Assembly (NCBI GenBank): GCA_965116885.1
Contig: OZ220741.1
Span: 928,001-992,000, forward strand
DNA length: 64,000 bases
Reading direction: 5' to 3'
From: Candidatus Latescibacterota bacterium
GTDB lineage: Bacteria > Latescibacterota > UBA2968
The position numbers and the translations under genes are program-made. The notes beneath the pieces were generated by a model that was not told the origin of the DNA, did no database searches, and saw only the letters and a program-made list of their open reading frames with translations. Shown here one piece after another: positions 9,138 through 18,656 of the stretch (its first letter is position 1; every line of letters begins with the position of its first letter).

Positions 9138-10199
9138 TTATCGTATCTCATGCACGGGCAAATACACCCGGAAGGTCGTTCCTCTTTCGGGAAGACTCTC
9201 GACGTCAATATGCCCTCCGTGCTGATAAATGATGCGCTGGGCAATAGACAGTCCCAACCCGGTACCCTCATCTTTTGTCGTATAATAAAACTCGAAAATG
9301 CGATCCACCTCTTCTTCGGGAATCCCGCATCCCGTATCTGTAAGCATCAAACACACCTGCCCTGACTCGGTTTGTGTTCGGGCAACCAAATCCCCACCAG
9401 TGGCCATAGACTGAAAGGCATTCACCACAATATTGAGCACGGCTTGACCGAGTTGGTCTTCATCTCCATTAATCGCGGGCAGACCGTCGGAAAGTTCCAG
9501 ACACAACACAACCTCGCGCTCGCGTGCTTCGGGCGAGACCAGCTCAAAAACGCGGCGAACCACATCGTTGAGAGACACCTGCCGCAAATGGAGTTTGGGC
9601 GTACGCGAAAAACGCAAAAAATTATACACAAGGCGGTCGAGCCGTTTCATCTCTGTCTGTGCAATATTGAGCCGTCCCACAAGACGCTCTTTTAAGACAC
9701 TTGCCAACTCGCCCAGGTCTTCTTCCAACAACTGCAATTGAATATCAATCGCCCCCAGAGGATTGCGCACTTCATGGGCAACAGAAGCGGCCAAACGCCC
9801 CAACGCCGTCATCTTTTCAACTTGAAAAATCTCCCACTCCATCCGCTTTATCTCAGACACATCGCGCACCGCCAGCACCAGCCCGGACCGCGTATCTGCA
9901 TCTAAAAACGAAGTACTCACGCGCAAATGTTGCAATCCACCATCGGCATTGTGGTGTACCAGATCCGTATCTGACACCAGTACTTTTTTCTTTATACCCT
10001 CGTTCAAAATCCGCAACAACTCAGGGCGTTGGGCAAAGAGCACCTCTGGCGATGCGCCACAAACAGCCTGTTTGTCCCACCCCATCAACGCAATCAGATG
10101 TGTATTGGCCATCACGGCCCGATGTGTTTTGTCAAAAGCCACGATGCCCTCCCCCAGCCCCTCCAGAATAGAAGCACTATAATCCATAGCCATGTCCAT
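9138..10199 (-). CDS. PAS-domain sensor histidine kinase (cytoplasmic)
   Basis: AHEVRNPL H-box, NIVVNAFQ, DTGCGI, GTGLGL; N-terminal PAS; GGAG RBS before ATG 10199. Confidence 0.9.
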   Translation of the reverse strand: MDMAMDYSASILEGLGEGIVAFDKTHRAVMANTHLIALMGWDKQAVCGASPEVLFAQRPELLRILNEGIKKKVLVSDTDLVHHNADGGLQHLRVSTSFLDADTRSGLVLAVRDVSEIKRMEWEIFQVEKMTALGRLAASVAHEVRNPLGAIDIQLQLLEEDLGELASVLKERLVGRLNIAQTEMKRLDRLVYNFLRFSRTPKLHLRQVSLNDVVRRVFELVSPEAREREVVLCLELSDGLPAINGDEDQLGQAVLNIVVNAFQSMATGGDLVARTQTESGQVCLMLTDTGCGIPEEEVDRIFEFYYTTKDEGTGLGLSIAQRIIYQHGGHIDVESLPERGTTFRVYLPVHEIR

Positions 10200-10214
10200 G
10201 CGCGTTCTCCAAAG

Positions 10215-10270
10215 GATAGACGAACCCCGCCCCACCACCTAACGGGCGGGCACAGGGGCACCGCCCCTAC
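10215..10270. repeat. GTAG-type REP element with a single octamer unit and C-rich linker
   Basis: ATAGACGAACCCCGCCCCACCACCTAAC-GGGCGGGCACAGGGGCACCGCCCCTAC, the same module as 16400-16454. Confidence 0.75.
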
Positions 10271-10331
10271 ATCGATTCGCTGATTATTGTTAATTTTCCA
10301 TATTTCTACCCAAAGCGCAAGCCCAAATATC

Positions 10332-10361
10332 TTGACACTTATACATTTGGCGTGATATTAT
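10332..10361 (+). promoter_or_regulatory. Sigma-70-type promoter (very short leader) for the kinase-regulator-glgC-glnD operon
   Basis: TTGACA-N18-TATTAT with extended TG, 12 nt before ATG 10374. Confidence 0.5.
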
Positions 10362-10373
10362 TAACCTTTAGTT

Positions 10374-12041
10374 ATGAAAAACACAGAACAAAACCTCTAT
10401 CGCGTACTCACCACCCAGCGCGCAAGCCTGTTATCCGAATGGCAAAAACGCGTCCGCCGCACATCTGACTTACAACTGCGCGAAGATTTTGATGGTCACA
10501 CGCCCGACGATGTGCTCGAAGAGTTCTTTGATCTAATAGTCAAACAGATCACCACCAAACAGGATTATCACCTGCTCCGCCAGCGCGTCTTTTCAGGCGA
10601 AATCAATGCTTTTACCCCCGATGCGGCTTGTCGATTGCTCATTGCGCTCAAAAAAACTGTTTTAGAACGCCTGGAAAATTTCACGCACAATGCCGAAGCC
10701 ATATTTGACGAAATCTTGCTGCGCATATCGGCGTACTACCACGAAATGCGCTATCGAAACCTGGCGCGCGATCAATCTCAAAGCCTGCGCCAGCGCAATG
10801 TCGAAATCGCCCGCCTCCTCGCAGTGGAAAAACAGCGCGCCGCGCACCTGACCACCAACAATCGCATCGCTCAAATGGCCCTATCAACCCTCGACCCGGA
10901 TGAAATTTTCAGACGCATTGTACACGAAGTGCAACAGAGTTTCAATTACCAGCATGTCTCACTTTATTTTCTCGAAACACATTCTAACCAGATGATCATG
11001 AAAGCCAGAGCCGGTGTTTACGAAAAGCACTTCCCCGAAGGGTATCGCCAAAATGTGGGCGAAGGTATCGTAGGCCATGTCGTCGCGTCTGGCAATCCCA
11101 TCATGGCCAATGACGTGGCCAATGACCCCAGGCGCATCATTGCTTTTCCGCAGGAAAAAAACACGCGATCAGAACTCTGTGTGCCAATCAAAACAGCAGA
11201 CCGCGTATTGGGCGCACTCGATGTGCTCAGTCGCAAAAAAAATGGCTTTAATTGGACCGATGTGCAATCGCTAATGGTCTTGACCGATCAACTGGCATGG
11301 GTCATCCACAACGCGCATCTCTTTCAGGAAACGCGAGAACTCCAGGACGAACTCGTACAATCGGAACGCCTGGCCGTAATCGGCGAAATGTCTGCGCGCA
11401 TAGCACACGAGATTCGCAATCCACTCGCGACAATTGGCGGCTTTGCGCGCTCTCTTCAGCGCGCGCCAACGCCCCACCGCATCGACACGGCATCGCGCAT
11501 CATATCTCAGGAAGTCACGCGCCTGGAAGAGCTACTGACCGACATCCTCAACTACACGCGGCCGCGCAAGCTCGAACTCGAACCCGTCAATCTCCCGGAC
11601 CTCATCGCCGATGTCTATCATCAGGTTGGCGAGGGCCTCGAGGACCGGGGCATCGCCTACCGACAAAACGCACCATCTAATCTGCCCGAAACACCCGTGG
11701 ATGCCGCACAGTTTAAGCAGGTACTCATCAACATCTTCAAAAACGCATTTCAAGCAATGCCCAATGGCGGCAAGTTGCACGTCCATATCCGAAAAAAAGA
11801 GGATCAGCCACATATCGAAATAGAAATACGAGATACGGGACCGGGGATTCCCGCCGAAATTCAGAACGAAATTTTCAAGCCCTATTTCACCACCAAAACC
11901 ACGGGTACAGGTCTCGGATTGGTCATCAGCAAACAAATCGTCGAGCGCCACGGCGGAACCCTCTCATTCACGAGCCACAGCGGTTCTGGCACCACCCTCT
12001 TCATCCATCTCCCCGATCTCTCCTCAAGGAAACCATTATGA
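10374..12041 (+). CDS. GAF-domain sensor histidine kinase
   Basis: GAF (GEGIVGHV...SELCVPI), AHEIRNPL, DTGPGI, GTGLGL. Confidence 0.9.
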   Translation: MKNTEQNLYRVLTTQRASLLSEWQKRVRRTSDLQLREDFDGHTPDDVLEEFFDLIVKQITTKQDYHLLRQRVFSGEINAFTPDAACRLLIALKKTVLERLENFTHNAEAIFDEILLRISAYYHEMRYRNLARDQSQSLRQRNVEIARLLAVEKQRAAHLTTNNRIAQMALSTLDPDEIFRRIVHEVQQSFNYQHVSLYFLETHSNQMIMKARAGVYEKHFPEGYRQNVGEGIVGHVVASGNPIMANDVANDPRRIIAFPQEKNTRSELCVPIKTADRVLGALDVLSRKKNGFNWTDVQSLMVLTDQLAWVIHNAHLFQETRELQDELVQSERLAVIGEMSARIAHEIRNPLATIGGFARSLQRAPTPHRIDTASRIISQEVTRLEELLTDILNYTRPRKLELEPVNLPDLIADVYHQVGEGLEDRGIAYRQNAPSNLPETPVDAAQFKQVLINIFKNAFQAMPNGGKLHVHIRKKEDQPHIEIEIRDTGPGIPAEIQNEIFKPYFTTKTTGTGLGLVISKQIVERHGGTLSFTSHSGSGTTLFIHLPDLSSRKPL

Positions 12042-12400
12042 AAAACATCCTCATTGCCGACGACGACCAAAATCTGGCACTGCTCTACGAGCAAGAACTC
12101 ACCGATGAAGGGTATCGCGTCGATGTGGTTCACGACGCGCAAACCGCGATTGAGCGCGTCAAAGACAATCCGCCAGACCTCTTAATACTCGACATTCGAA
12201 TGCCCGGCATGGACGGCATTGAAGCTCTCAACCACATTCTGGGGATAAACAACCAGTTACCCGTTATTCTCAACACCGCTTATAGCAATCACAAAGACAA
12301 TTATCTCACCTGGTCAGCCAATGCCTATGTGGTCAAGTCATCGGACCTGTCAGAACTCAAAACCGCCATAAGCGATGTGCTGAACGGTGAAAGGTCTTGA
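12038..12400 (+). CDS. Single-domain response regulator
   Basis: IADDD, LDIRMPGMDG, NTAY, VVKS; ATGA overlap with the kinase. Confidence 0.9.
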   Translation: MKNILIADDDQNLALLYEQELTDEGYRVDVVHDAQTAIERVKDNPPDLLILDIRMPGMDGIEALNHILGINNQLPVILNTAYSNHKDNYLTWSANAYVVKSSDLSELKTAISDVLNGERS

Positions 12401-12401
12401 C

Positions 12402-13601
12402 ATGCCCGATGATACGCTAACCATGATCCTCGCCGGAGGCCAGGGGTCGCGGCTTTATCCCCTCACGCGCAATCAGGCCAAACCCGCCGTGCCCTTCGGC
12501 GGCATGTACCGCATCATTGACTTTACCCTCTCCAACTGCCTCAACTCCAACTTGCGCCGCATCTATGTTCTCACGCAATACATGTCAACATCTCTCGACC
12601 GGCATTTGCAACGCGGCTGGTCCATTTTCAATCCCGAACTCGACGAATTTATCTTTGAAGTCCCGCCCCAATTCCGCCTTGCTGGCAACTGGTATCGCGG
12701 CACAGCCGATGCCATTTTTCAAAACATCGACATCCTCGAACGCGAGCGTCCCGATCGCGTCCTCATCCTGGGCGGCGACCATGTGTACAAAATGGATTAC
12801 AGCAAGATGCTCGCCTTTCACAACAACGCAAATGCCGATCTCACGGTAGCCTGTATTGAAGTACCCATCAAAAATGCCACTGAATTGGGCGTCATGGCAA
12901 TCGACGATGAATCTCGCATTGTCGGCTTTGAAGAAAAACCCGACCACCCCAAACCCACACCACACAATCCCAATCTCGCCCTGGCCTCAATGGGCATCTA
13001 CATCTTCAGCACAGAAGTCCTCGTGCGCCAACTCTCCGAAGATGCCAAACGCGACACAGCCCACGACTTTGGGCAAAACATCATCCCCTCAATGGTCGAT
13101 TCGGGACGCGTCTTTGCGTACAACTTCAAGCACGGCAATCGCAATTCGACCGTGTACTGGCGCGACATCGGCCTTCTCGACGCGTACTGGGAAGCCAACA
13201 TGGACCTCGTTTCTGAAACCCCCGAATTCGACCTGCACGACCCGAACTGGCCCATCCGCACACATGCACATCCATATCCGCCTTCGCGCCTGCACATTCG
13301 ACCGCAAAACAGTTCTCTTCTCGTCGTAGCCCAGGGATGTGTTATTGCCAATGCGCGGGTCGAGCGCTCAGTCATCTCTGCAGGTGTTCACATAGACTCC
13401 GGCGCACAGGTTACCGATTCGGTGCTCATGGAAGGCGTCAAAGTCGGTGCCAAAGCCCAACTCCACCGCGTCATCGCCGATGAAGGCGTCGTCATTCCAG
13501 ACGGTGCCCAAATTGGGATTAACCGCGAAGACGACCGCCAGCGGTTCACAGTCACAGATAGCGGCGTCGTAGCCATTTCCAAAGGATTGCCCATTGAATA
13601 A
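12402..13601 (+). CDS. glgC: Glucose-1-phosphate adenylyltransferase
   Basis: LAGGQGSRLYPLT..AKPAVPFGG, WYRGTADA, GDHVYKMDY, ASMGIY. Confidence 0.95.
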   Translation: MPDDTLTMILAGGQGSRLYPLTRNQAKPAVPFGGMYRIIDFTLSNCLNSNLRRIYVLTQYMSTSLDRHLQRGWSIFNPELDEFIFEVPPQFRLAGNWYRGTADAIFQNIDILERERPDRVLILGGDHVYKMDYSKMLAFHNNANADLTVACIEVPIKNATELGVMAIDDESRIVGFEEKPDHPKPTPHNPNLALASMGIYIFSTEVLVRQLSEDAKRDTAHDFGQNIIPSMVDSGRVFAYNFKHGNRNSTVYWRDIGLLDAYWEANMDLVSETPEFDLHDPNWPIRTHAHPYPPSRLHIRPQNSSLLVVAQGCVIANARVERSVISAGVHIDSGAQVTDSVLMEGVKVGAKAQLHRVIADEGVVIPDGAQIGINREDDRQRFTVTDSGVVAISKGLPIE

Positions 13602-16263
13602 ACAAATCCCCATATGTGATACCCTCCAACGCGATCTTCTCAACGAAAAAAAAAGATTCGACACCTGGCCCACCGAACGCCTGTCGTATTTGCGAACCTA
13701 TCTCGACACCGCCTGGGAAACGATTTATGCGCACCACCAGAGCGGGGCATCGGGCAACGCTGTGGTGGCAGCACTCACACAGCGCGTCGATACACTCATC
13801 CAGGCACTGTATGCCGAAGCGATTGAAGAACACGGTGAACCAACCGGATTTGCCGTAATCGCGCAAGGGGGATATGGCCGGGGTGCGCTCAATCCCCACT
13901 CGGATATCGACCTGTTATTTCTCTTCAAAAAAAAAGTCCATGAAGGCGACCCCATAACGCGCGCGATTCTCCACACCCTGTGGGATCTGCGATTTGACGT
14001 GGGATACAGCACGCGCACCCTGTCCGATTGCATCACTGCAGCACAAGACGACACCGATTCCATGACAGCAATGCTCGAAACGCGCCATCTCGTGGGTGAT
14101 CCCACCCTGAAGACCCACCTGCAAGACGCCCTTGCGCGGCGGTTCTTTGGTCGGCGTGCGAGCGGTTTTATCAACAAAAAAATTCAGGAACGCATCCAAC
14201 GACACAGCAAATTCAAATTTTCAACCCAACTCCTCGAACCCAATATCAAAGAAAGCCCTGGGGGATTGCGAGATATTCACACAGCCGGCTGGTTCTTAAT
14301 GGCACGCCGCAGTATTCGCGCGCCCGAAGGCTTGCAAAAAAGCCATATACTCACCCGCAGAAATTACGAGATCTATGTCAAAGCCTTTGACTTCATGCTG
14401 CGCACGCGCAACGAATTACACTTCCACACGGGCAAATACTTTGACGTACTCGAACACGACCTTCAACTCATTATCGCCAAAAATTTGGGCTACCGGGACC
14501 GCGACAATGAACTGGGCGTCGAACACTTTATGCGAGACTACTACACCCATGCGCGTGCAATCAAACACCTCAGCGACCTGATATGTGAACGTCTCAAAGG
14601 CCAATCTTCCACCGGCCGGGCTGTGGGATTGCTCACGCGCCGTCAACTCGACGACGGCTCTGTATTGCACCACACGCACATAGCCCTGCCCAAAAAGCGA
14701 CGACATTTTTTTGACAACGCGCCCCATCGCCTCCTCTCCCTCTTCCTCAACGCGCAGCGATTTGGCGTCTCCCTCAATGAAGCGGCCAAACAGGGAATAA
14801 AAGACCACCTCCATCTCATCGACGACAGCTTCAGGTCTTCTGGACGCGCCAGTCGCATCTTTCTCGACCTCTTCCGCGCACCCGTCGGCATTGGCACCAC
14901 CCTTCGCACCATGCACGAACTCGACGTTTTGGGCACTTACGTACCCGAATTCGGCAGCCTGACCTGCCTGGTACAATACAATCGCTATCACATCTACACG
15001 GCAGACGAACACACCCTGGTCGCTGTAGAGCGTCTCGATTACCTCGCGCGATCTCCTTCTTTGCCCCAAGATTTGCAGCACCTCAGACGCGTGTACAATG
15101 AAATCCCGAGAAAAGAGCTTCTCTATCTCGCCCTGATGATGCACGACGTGGGAAAATCTGTTCGCGACAAAGATCACAGCATTGTCGGTGCAGAAATGAC
15201 ACGGGACTTTCTCAAACGCCTTCAATTGCCCGATGACCAGATAGAAACCGTTGTTTTTCTCGTGCGACACCATCTTGCAATGTCCGCCATTGCCCAGCGC
15301 CGCGACCTGTCAGATCAGCGCATGATCGCCGAATTTGCCAGCACATTTTCACACCCCGATGTCTTGCGTATGCTCTATGTACTCACTTATGCCGACCTGT
15401 CTGCCGTCACACAAACTGCGTGGACCGCCTGGAAAGGTCACCTCTTGCGCGAACTCTACGAAAATACCTTTTATCTCCTCACACAAAGCGCCCAACCCAA
15501 TCGCGAGCAACCCGAACCACAAGACATTCAAAAAATCCTCACTGCTCTGGAGTCGCGCATTCCATATCAGACCCTTGTCGAACACCTCAACAACATGCCC
15601 CCGCGCTATCCCGAACAAAACAGCCCGGAAGAAATTGCACAACACCTGCAACTCATCGACACAATGGGATCCTCGCTGGTCGCCGTTAACGTACAACCCG
15701 GCGGACTCTTTCTGGAAATCACCATCTGTACGCACGACCTGCCCTTTCGCCTATCTGAAATTTGCGGTGTGCTGGCAACCCGCGACATCAACATCTTCAG
15801 CGCACACGCCTACACGCGCAACGACGGCACAGTCATCGACATCTTCCAGGTCACTTCCGATATGGATGATGACGCTGCATTACGGGAAAAAATTCAACAA
15901 ACCCTGACCGATGTCTTTCAAAAAAAAGAGCGCGTATCAGACCTATTCGCCAATTACAGTCAGAGGTGGTCCCTGAAGCGTCAGCCCACAACTCCCATAT
16001 CCCCTAAAATCACATTCGACAACAATGTTTCTATGCGCTCCACCGTCATCGATATCACTGCACAAGATGCAATAGGCCTCCTGTATCGCATCACGCGCAC
16101 ATTATCAGACCTTGGCCTCGACATCTACACCGCCCGCATTGGCACACAGGCAGACCGCGCTGTCGATGCCTTTTACATACGTAAAAATGGCGATAAAATC
16201 ACAGACCCCGCACAGCTCGAATACATCACCCGCGAACTCACGCACGCGATTGAGAATCCGTGA
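13594..16263 (+). CDS. glnD: [Protein-PII] uridylyltransferase / uridylyl-removing enzyme
   Basis: GGYGR..SDIDL nucleotidyltransferase motif, EPNIKESPGGLRD, YHIYTADEH, HDVGK HD domain, two ACT domains. Confidence 0.95.
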   Translation: MNKQIPICDTLQRDLLNEKKRFDTWPTERLSYLRTYLDTAWETIYAHHQSGASGNAVVAALTQRVDTLIQALYAEAIEEHGEPTGFAVIAQGGYGRGALNPHSDIDLLFLFKKKVHEGDPITRAILHTLWDLRFDVGYSTRTLSDCITAAQDDTDSMTAMLETRHLVGDPTLKTHLQDALARRFFGRRASGFINKKIQERIQRHSKFKFSTQLLEPNIKESPGGLRDIHTAGWFLMARRSIRAPEGLQKSHILTRRNYEIYVKAFDFMLRTRNELHFHTGKYFDVLEHDLQLIIAKNLGYRDRDNELGVEHFMRDYYTHARAIKHLSDLICERLKGQSSTGRAVGLLTRRQLDDGSVLHHTHIALPKKRRHFFDNAPHRLLSLFLNAQRFGVSLNEAAKQGIKDHLHLIDDSFRSSGRASRIFLDLFRAPVGIGTTLRTMHELDVLGTYVPEFGSLTCLVQYNRYHIYTADEHTLVAVERLDYLARSPSLPQDLQHLRRVYNEIPRKELLYLALMMHDVGKSVRDKDHSIVGAEMTRDFLKRLQLPDDQIETVVFLVRHHLAMSAIAQRRDLSDQRMIAEFASTFSHPDVLRMLYVLTYADLSAVTQTAWTAWKGHLLRELYENTFYLLTQSAQPNREQPEPQDIQKILTALESRIPYQTLVEHLNNMPPRYPEQNSPEEIAQHLQLIDTMGSSLVAVNVQPGGLFLEITICTHDLPFRLSEICGVLATRDINIFSAHAYTRNDGTVIDIFQVTSDMDDDAALREKIQQTLTDVFQKKERVSDLFANYSQRWSLKRQPTTPISPKITFDNNVSMRSTVIDITAQDAIGLLYRITRTLSDLGLDIYTARIGTQADRAVDAFYIRKNGDKITDPAQLEYITRELTHAIENP

Positions 16264-16267
16264 AAGC

Positions 16268-16408
16268 ACGAATAGACGAATAGACGAATAGACGAATAGA
16301 CGAATAGACGAATAGACGAATAGACGAATAGACGAATAGACGAATAGACGAATAGACGAATAGACGAATAGACGAATAGACGAATAGACGAATAGACGAA
16401 TAGACGAA
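16268..16408 (+). repeat. Perfect octamer tandem array (ACGAATAG)x17 plus a partial unit
   Basis: Counted directly; abuts the C-rich linker and REP at 16428-16454. Confidence 0.95.
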
Positions 16409-16427
16409 CCCCGCCCAACCACCCAAC

Positions 16428-16454
16428 GGGCGGGCACAGGGGCACCGCCCCTAC
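16428..16454. repeat. GTAG-type REP element
   Basis: GGGCGGGCACAGGGGCACCGCCCCTAC, identical to 10244-10270 and 18559-18585. Confidence 0.85.
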
Positions 16455-16473
16455 ATTGATGAACTGTTCCGAA

Positions 16474-16575
16474 CCAGTTGTACCCCGTTCCGTTGATTCG
16501 CTGATGAACTGGCCTGAAAGACGGCCAGTTGTACCCCGTTCCGTTGATTCGCTGATTCGCTGATTCGTTGATTCG
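16474..16575 (+). repeat. Two 32-bp direct repeats followed by TGATTCG(C/T) octamers
   Basis: CCAGTTGTACCCCGTTCCGTTGATTCGCTGAT at 16474-16505 and 16525-16556. Confidence 0.8.
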
Positions 16576-16590
16576 CGTTTCTTCTTTTTC

Positions 16591-16619
16591 TTGACAAGCC
16601 ACATTGTTTGTTTTACGTT
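16591..16619 (+). promoter_or_regulatory. Putative rho promoter
   Basis: TTGACA-N17-TACGTT about 195 nt upstream of the rho ATG. Confidence 0.5.
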
Positions 16620-16813
16620 TAGATCAACTTCAAAATGTATTCCCTCGCACTAATGCTCCGCATCCTGCCCCACAATCTTCCAAAGCACTGTTCTCCGTAG
16701 GCTTCGCAGTACCCCAATGATTTCGCACAACATTTGTTTTACATCCCCCACAGCATGTGTCGCTCGAGCATGCATTATTTCTCCCCTTTCCAACCCATCA
16801 GGAACCCCAAAAA

Positions 16814-18097
16814 ATGGCAATTACCGAAGAAAAATTGAACATGTTTGAGTTGCAGGAATGCAGCATACCCGAACTCAACAAACACGCGCAGGCTCTCAAT
16901 ATTCAAGGCTACAGCAGCCTGCGAAGACAAGAACTTATCTTTGCTATTCTCCAGAGCCAAACCGCCAAAAGTGGACGTATCTTCGCCCAGGGTGTTCTCG
17001 ACATCCTCGAAGACGGATTTGGCTTCCTCAGATCGCCAAAGTACAATTATTTGCCCGGTCCCGATGACATTTATGTGGGACACTCGCAAATCAAACGCTT
17101 CAACCTGCGAACTGGAGACACCATATCGGGACATATTCGTCCACCGAGAGGTGACGAAAAATACTTTGCACTCATTCGCGTTGAGGCCGTCAATTTTGAA
17201 GATCCGGAAGTCGCGAAACAAAAAATTCTATTTGACAATCTCACGCCACTGCACCCGGACGAACGCATTGACCTCGAGTACGACCCGCAGGACCTTTCCA
17301 CTCGGATCATGAATCTCCTCACGCCAATTGGCAAAGGACAACGCGGCATGATTGTCGCCCCCCCGTTTACGGGCAAAACCATGCTCCTGCAAAAAATTGC
17401 CAACGCCATTACCAAAAACCATCCCGAAATCACGCTTATTGTCCTCCTCATTGACGAGCGCCCCGAAGAAGTCACAGACATGATCCGTTCGGTCGAAGGC
17501 GAAGTCGTCAGTTCGACTTTTGACGAACCCCCGACCCGACATGTACAGGTCGCCGACATGGTCATAGAAAAAGCCAAGCGATTGGTCGAACACCAGCAGG
17601 ACGTCGTCATCTTACTCGACAGCATTACCCGCTTAGCCCGGGCCTATAACACCGTCGCCCCACACAGTGGGCGCATTCTCTCCGGCGGTCTCGACTCCAC
17701 CGCCATGCAGTGGCCCAAGCGATTTTTTGGCGCAGCGCGCAACATCGAAGAAGGCGGCAGCCTGACCATTCTGGCAACTGCTCTTGTCGAAACCGGAAGC
17801 CGTATGGACGAAGTCATCTTCGAAGAATTCAAAGGCACGGGCAACATGGAACTCAAGCTGGACCGTCGGCTCTCCAATCGCCGCGTCTTTCCCGCCATTG
17901 ACGTATCCATGTCCAGCACGCGCAAAGAAGAACTCCTGCTAAAAGAAAAAGAACTCAACCGCGTTTGGATCTTGAGAAAACTACTCAATCAAATGCAACC
18001 TCTGGAAGCGATGGAATTTTTCACAGAACGCACAAAAGAAAACAAAACCAACGAAGACTTTCTCAATGCCATGAGCGAACCGATTCACGCCTTCTAA
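16814..18097 (+). CDS. rho: Transcription termination factor Rho
   Basis: [40 protein letters not shown]. Confidence 0.97.
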   Translation: MAITEEKLNMFELQECSIPELNKHAQALNIQGYSSLRRQELIFAILQSQTAKSGRIFAQGVLDILEDGFGFLRSPKYNYLPGPDDIYVGHSQIKRFNLRTGDTISGHIRPPRGDEKYFALIRVEAVNFEDPEVAKQKILFDNLTPLHPDERIDLEYDPQDLSTRIMNLLTPIGKGQRGMIVAPPFTGKTMLLQKIANAITKNHPEITLIVLLIDERPEEVTDMIRSVEGEVVSSTFDEPPTRHVQVADMVIEKAKRLVEHQQDVVILLDSITRLARAYNTVAPHSGRILSGGLDSTAMQWPKRFFGAARNIEEGGSLTILATALVETGSRMDEVIFEEFKGTGNMELKLDRRLSNRRVFPAIDVSMSSTRKEELLLKEKELNRVWILRKLLNQMQPLEAMEFFTERTKENKTNEDFLNAMSEPIHAF

Positions 18098-18199
18098 GAC
18101 ATCTTCTAAAACCCGCGACTTGATTATTTTTTCGCATTTTGGTATATTCTTCAGCCTGTCTTTCTTTGAACAACATTCGAACAACTTGAGGACAATCGC

Positions 18200-18490
18200 A
18201 TGAAACCCAATATCCATCCAGAATACCGCGACGTGATCTTTGAAGACGTCAGTGCCAACCCACCATTTCGGGTCAAAACGCGATCGACGCGCACCTCTGA
18301 AGAAACCATCGAATGGGAAGACGGCAACACCTATCCACTGATCAAAGTTGAAATCAGTTCCGCTACCCATCCGTTCTTCACGGGCAAGATGATGCTCGTT
18401 GACACCGCCGGTATGGTCGAACGCTATCGCCGCCGGTATGGTATTGAAGGCACTGAAGAAGAAAAGGAAGAAGAAAAAACGGACAGTTAG
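18200..18490 (+). CDS. rpmE2: 50S ribosomal protein L31 type B
   Basis: [29 protein letters not shown]; no Zn-binding Cys. Promoter TTGATT-N17-TATATT at 18120-18148. Confidence 0.92.
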   Translation: MKPNIHPEYRDVIFEDVSANPPFRVKTRSTRTSEETIEWEDGNTYPLIKVEISSATHPFFTGKMMLVDTAGMVERYRRRYGIEGTEEEKEEEKTDS

Positions 18491-18506
18491 CAACGCGATC
18501 CACATG

Positions 18507-18551
18507 AAAAAGGGTGAAACGGCCGCATGCCGCGACTGTTTCGCCCTTTTT
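18507..18551 (+). terminator. Intrinsic terminator after rpmE2
   Basis: AAAAAGGGTGAAAC...GTTTCGCCCTTTTT. Confidence 0.7.
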
Positions 18552-18558
18552 GTATTAC

Positions 18559-18638
18559 GGGCGGGCACAGGGGCACCGCCCCTACGATGATATTATTATT
18601 CGATTTGTGTAGAAGGACAACCCCCTGTGGTTGTCCGC
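18559..18638. repeat. Inverted pair of GTAG-type REP elements
   Basis: REP ending CTAC (18585), AT-rich spacer, then a GTAG-starting REP (18609). Confidence 0.7.
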
Positions 18639-18656
18639 TCATCTGAAAGAACCACC

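Noticed and set aside
16474..16556. 32-bp direct repeats as a mini CRISPR array
   Set aside because: Only two copies, the 19-nt gap itself repeats part of the preceding unit, and no cas genes are present in the window.
16105..16604. Minus-strand ORFs with SSIRLFVY peptide repeats (also 56887-58104)
   Set aside because: They are translations of the ACGAATAG array, which has no stop on that strand, and they overlap glnD or gpmI.
18200..18490. Zinc-free L31 type B as a zinc-starvation paralog
   Set aside because: It sits in the core rho-rpmE-prfA-prmC cluster and I see no Zur-like box, so it is probably the sole L31.
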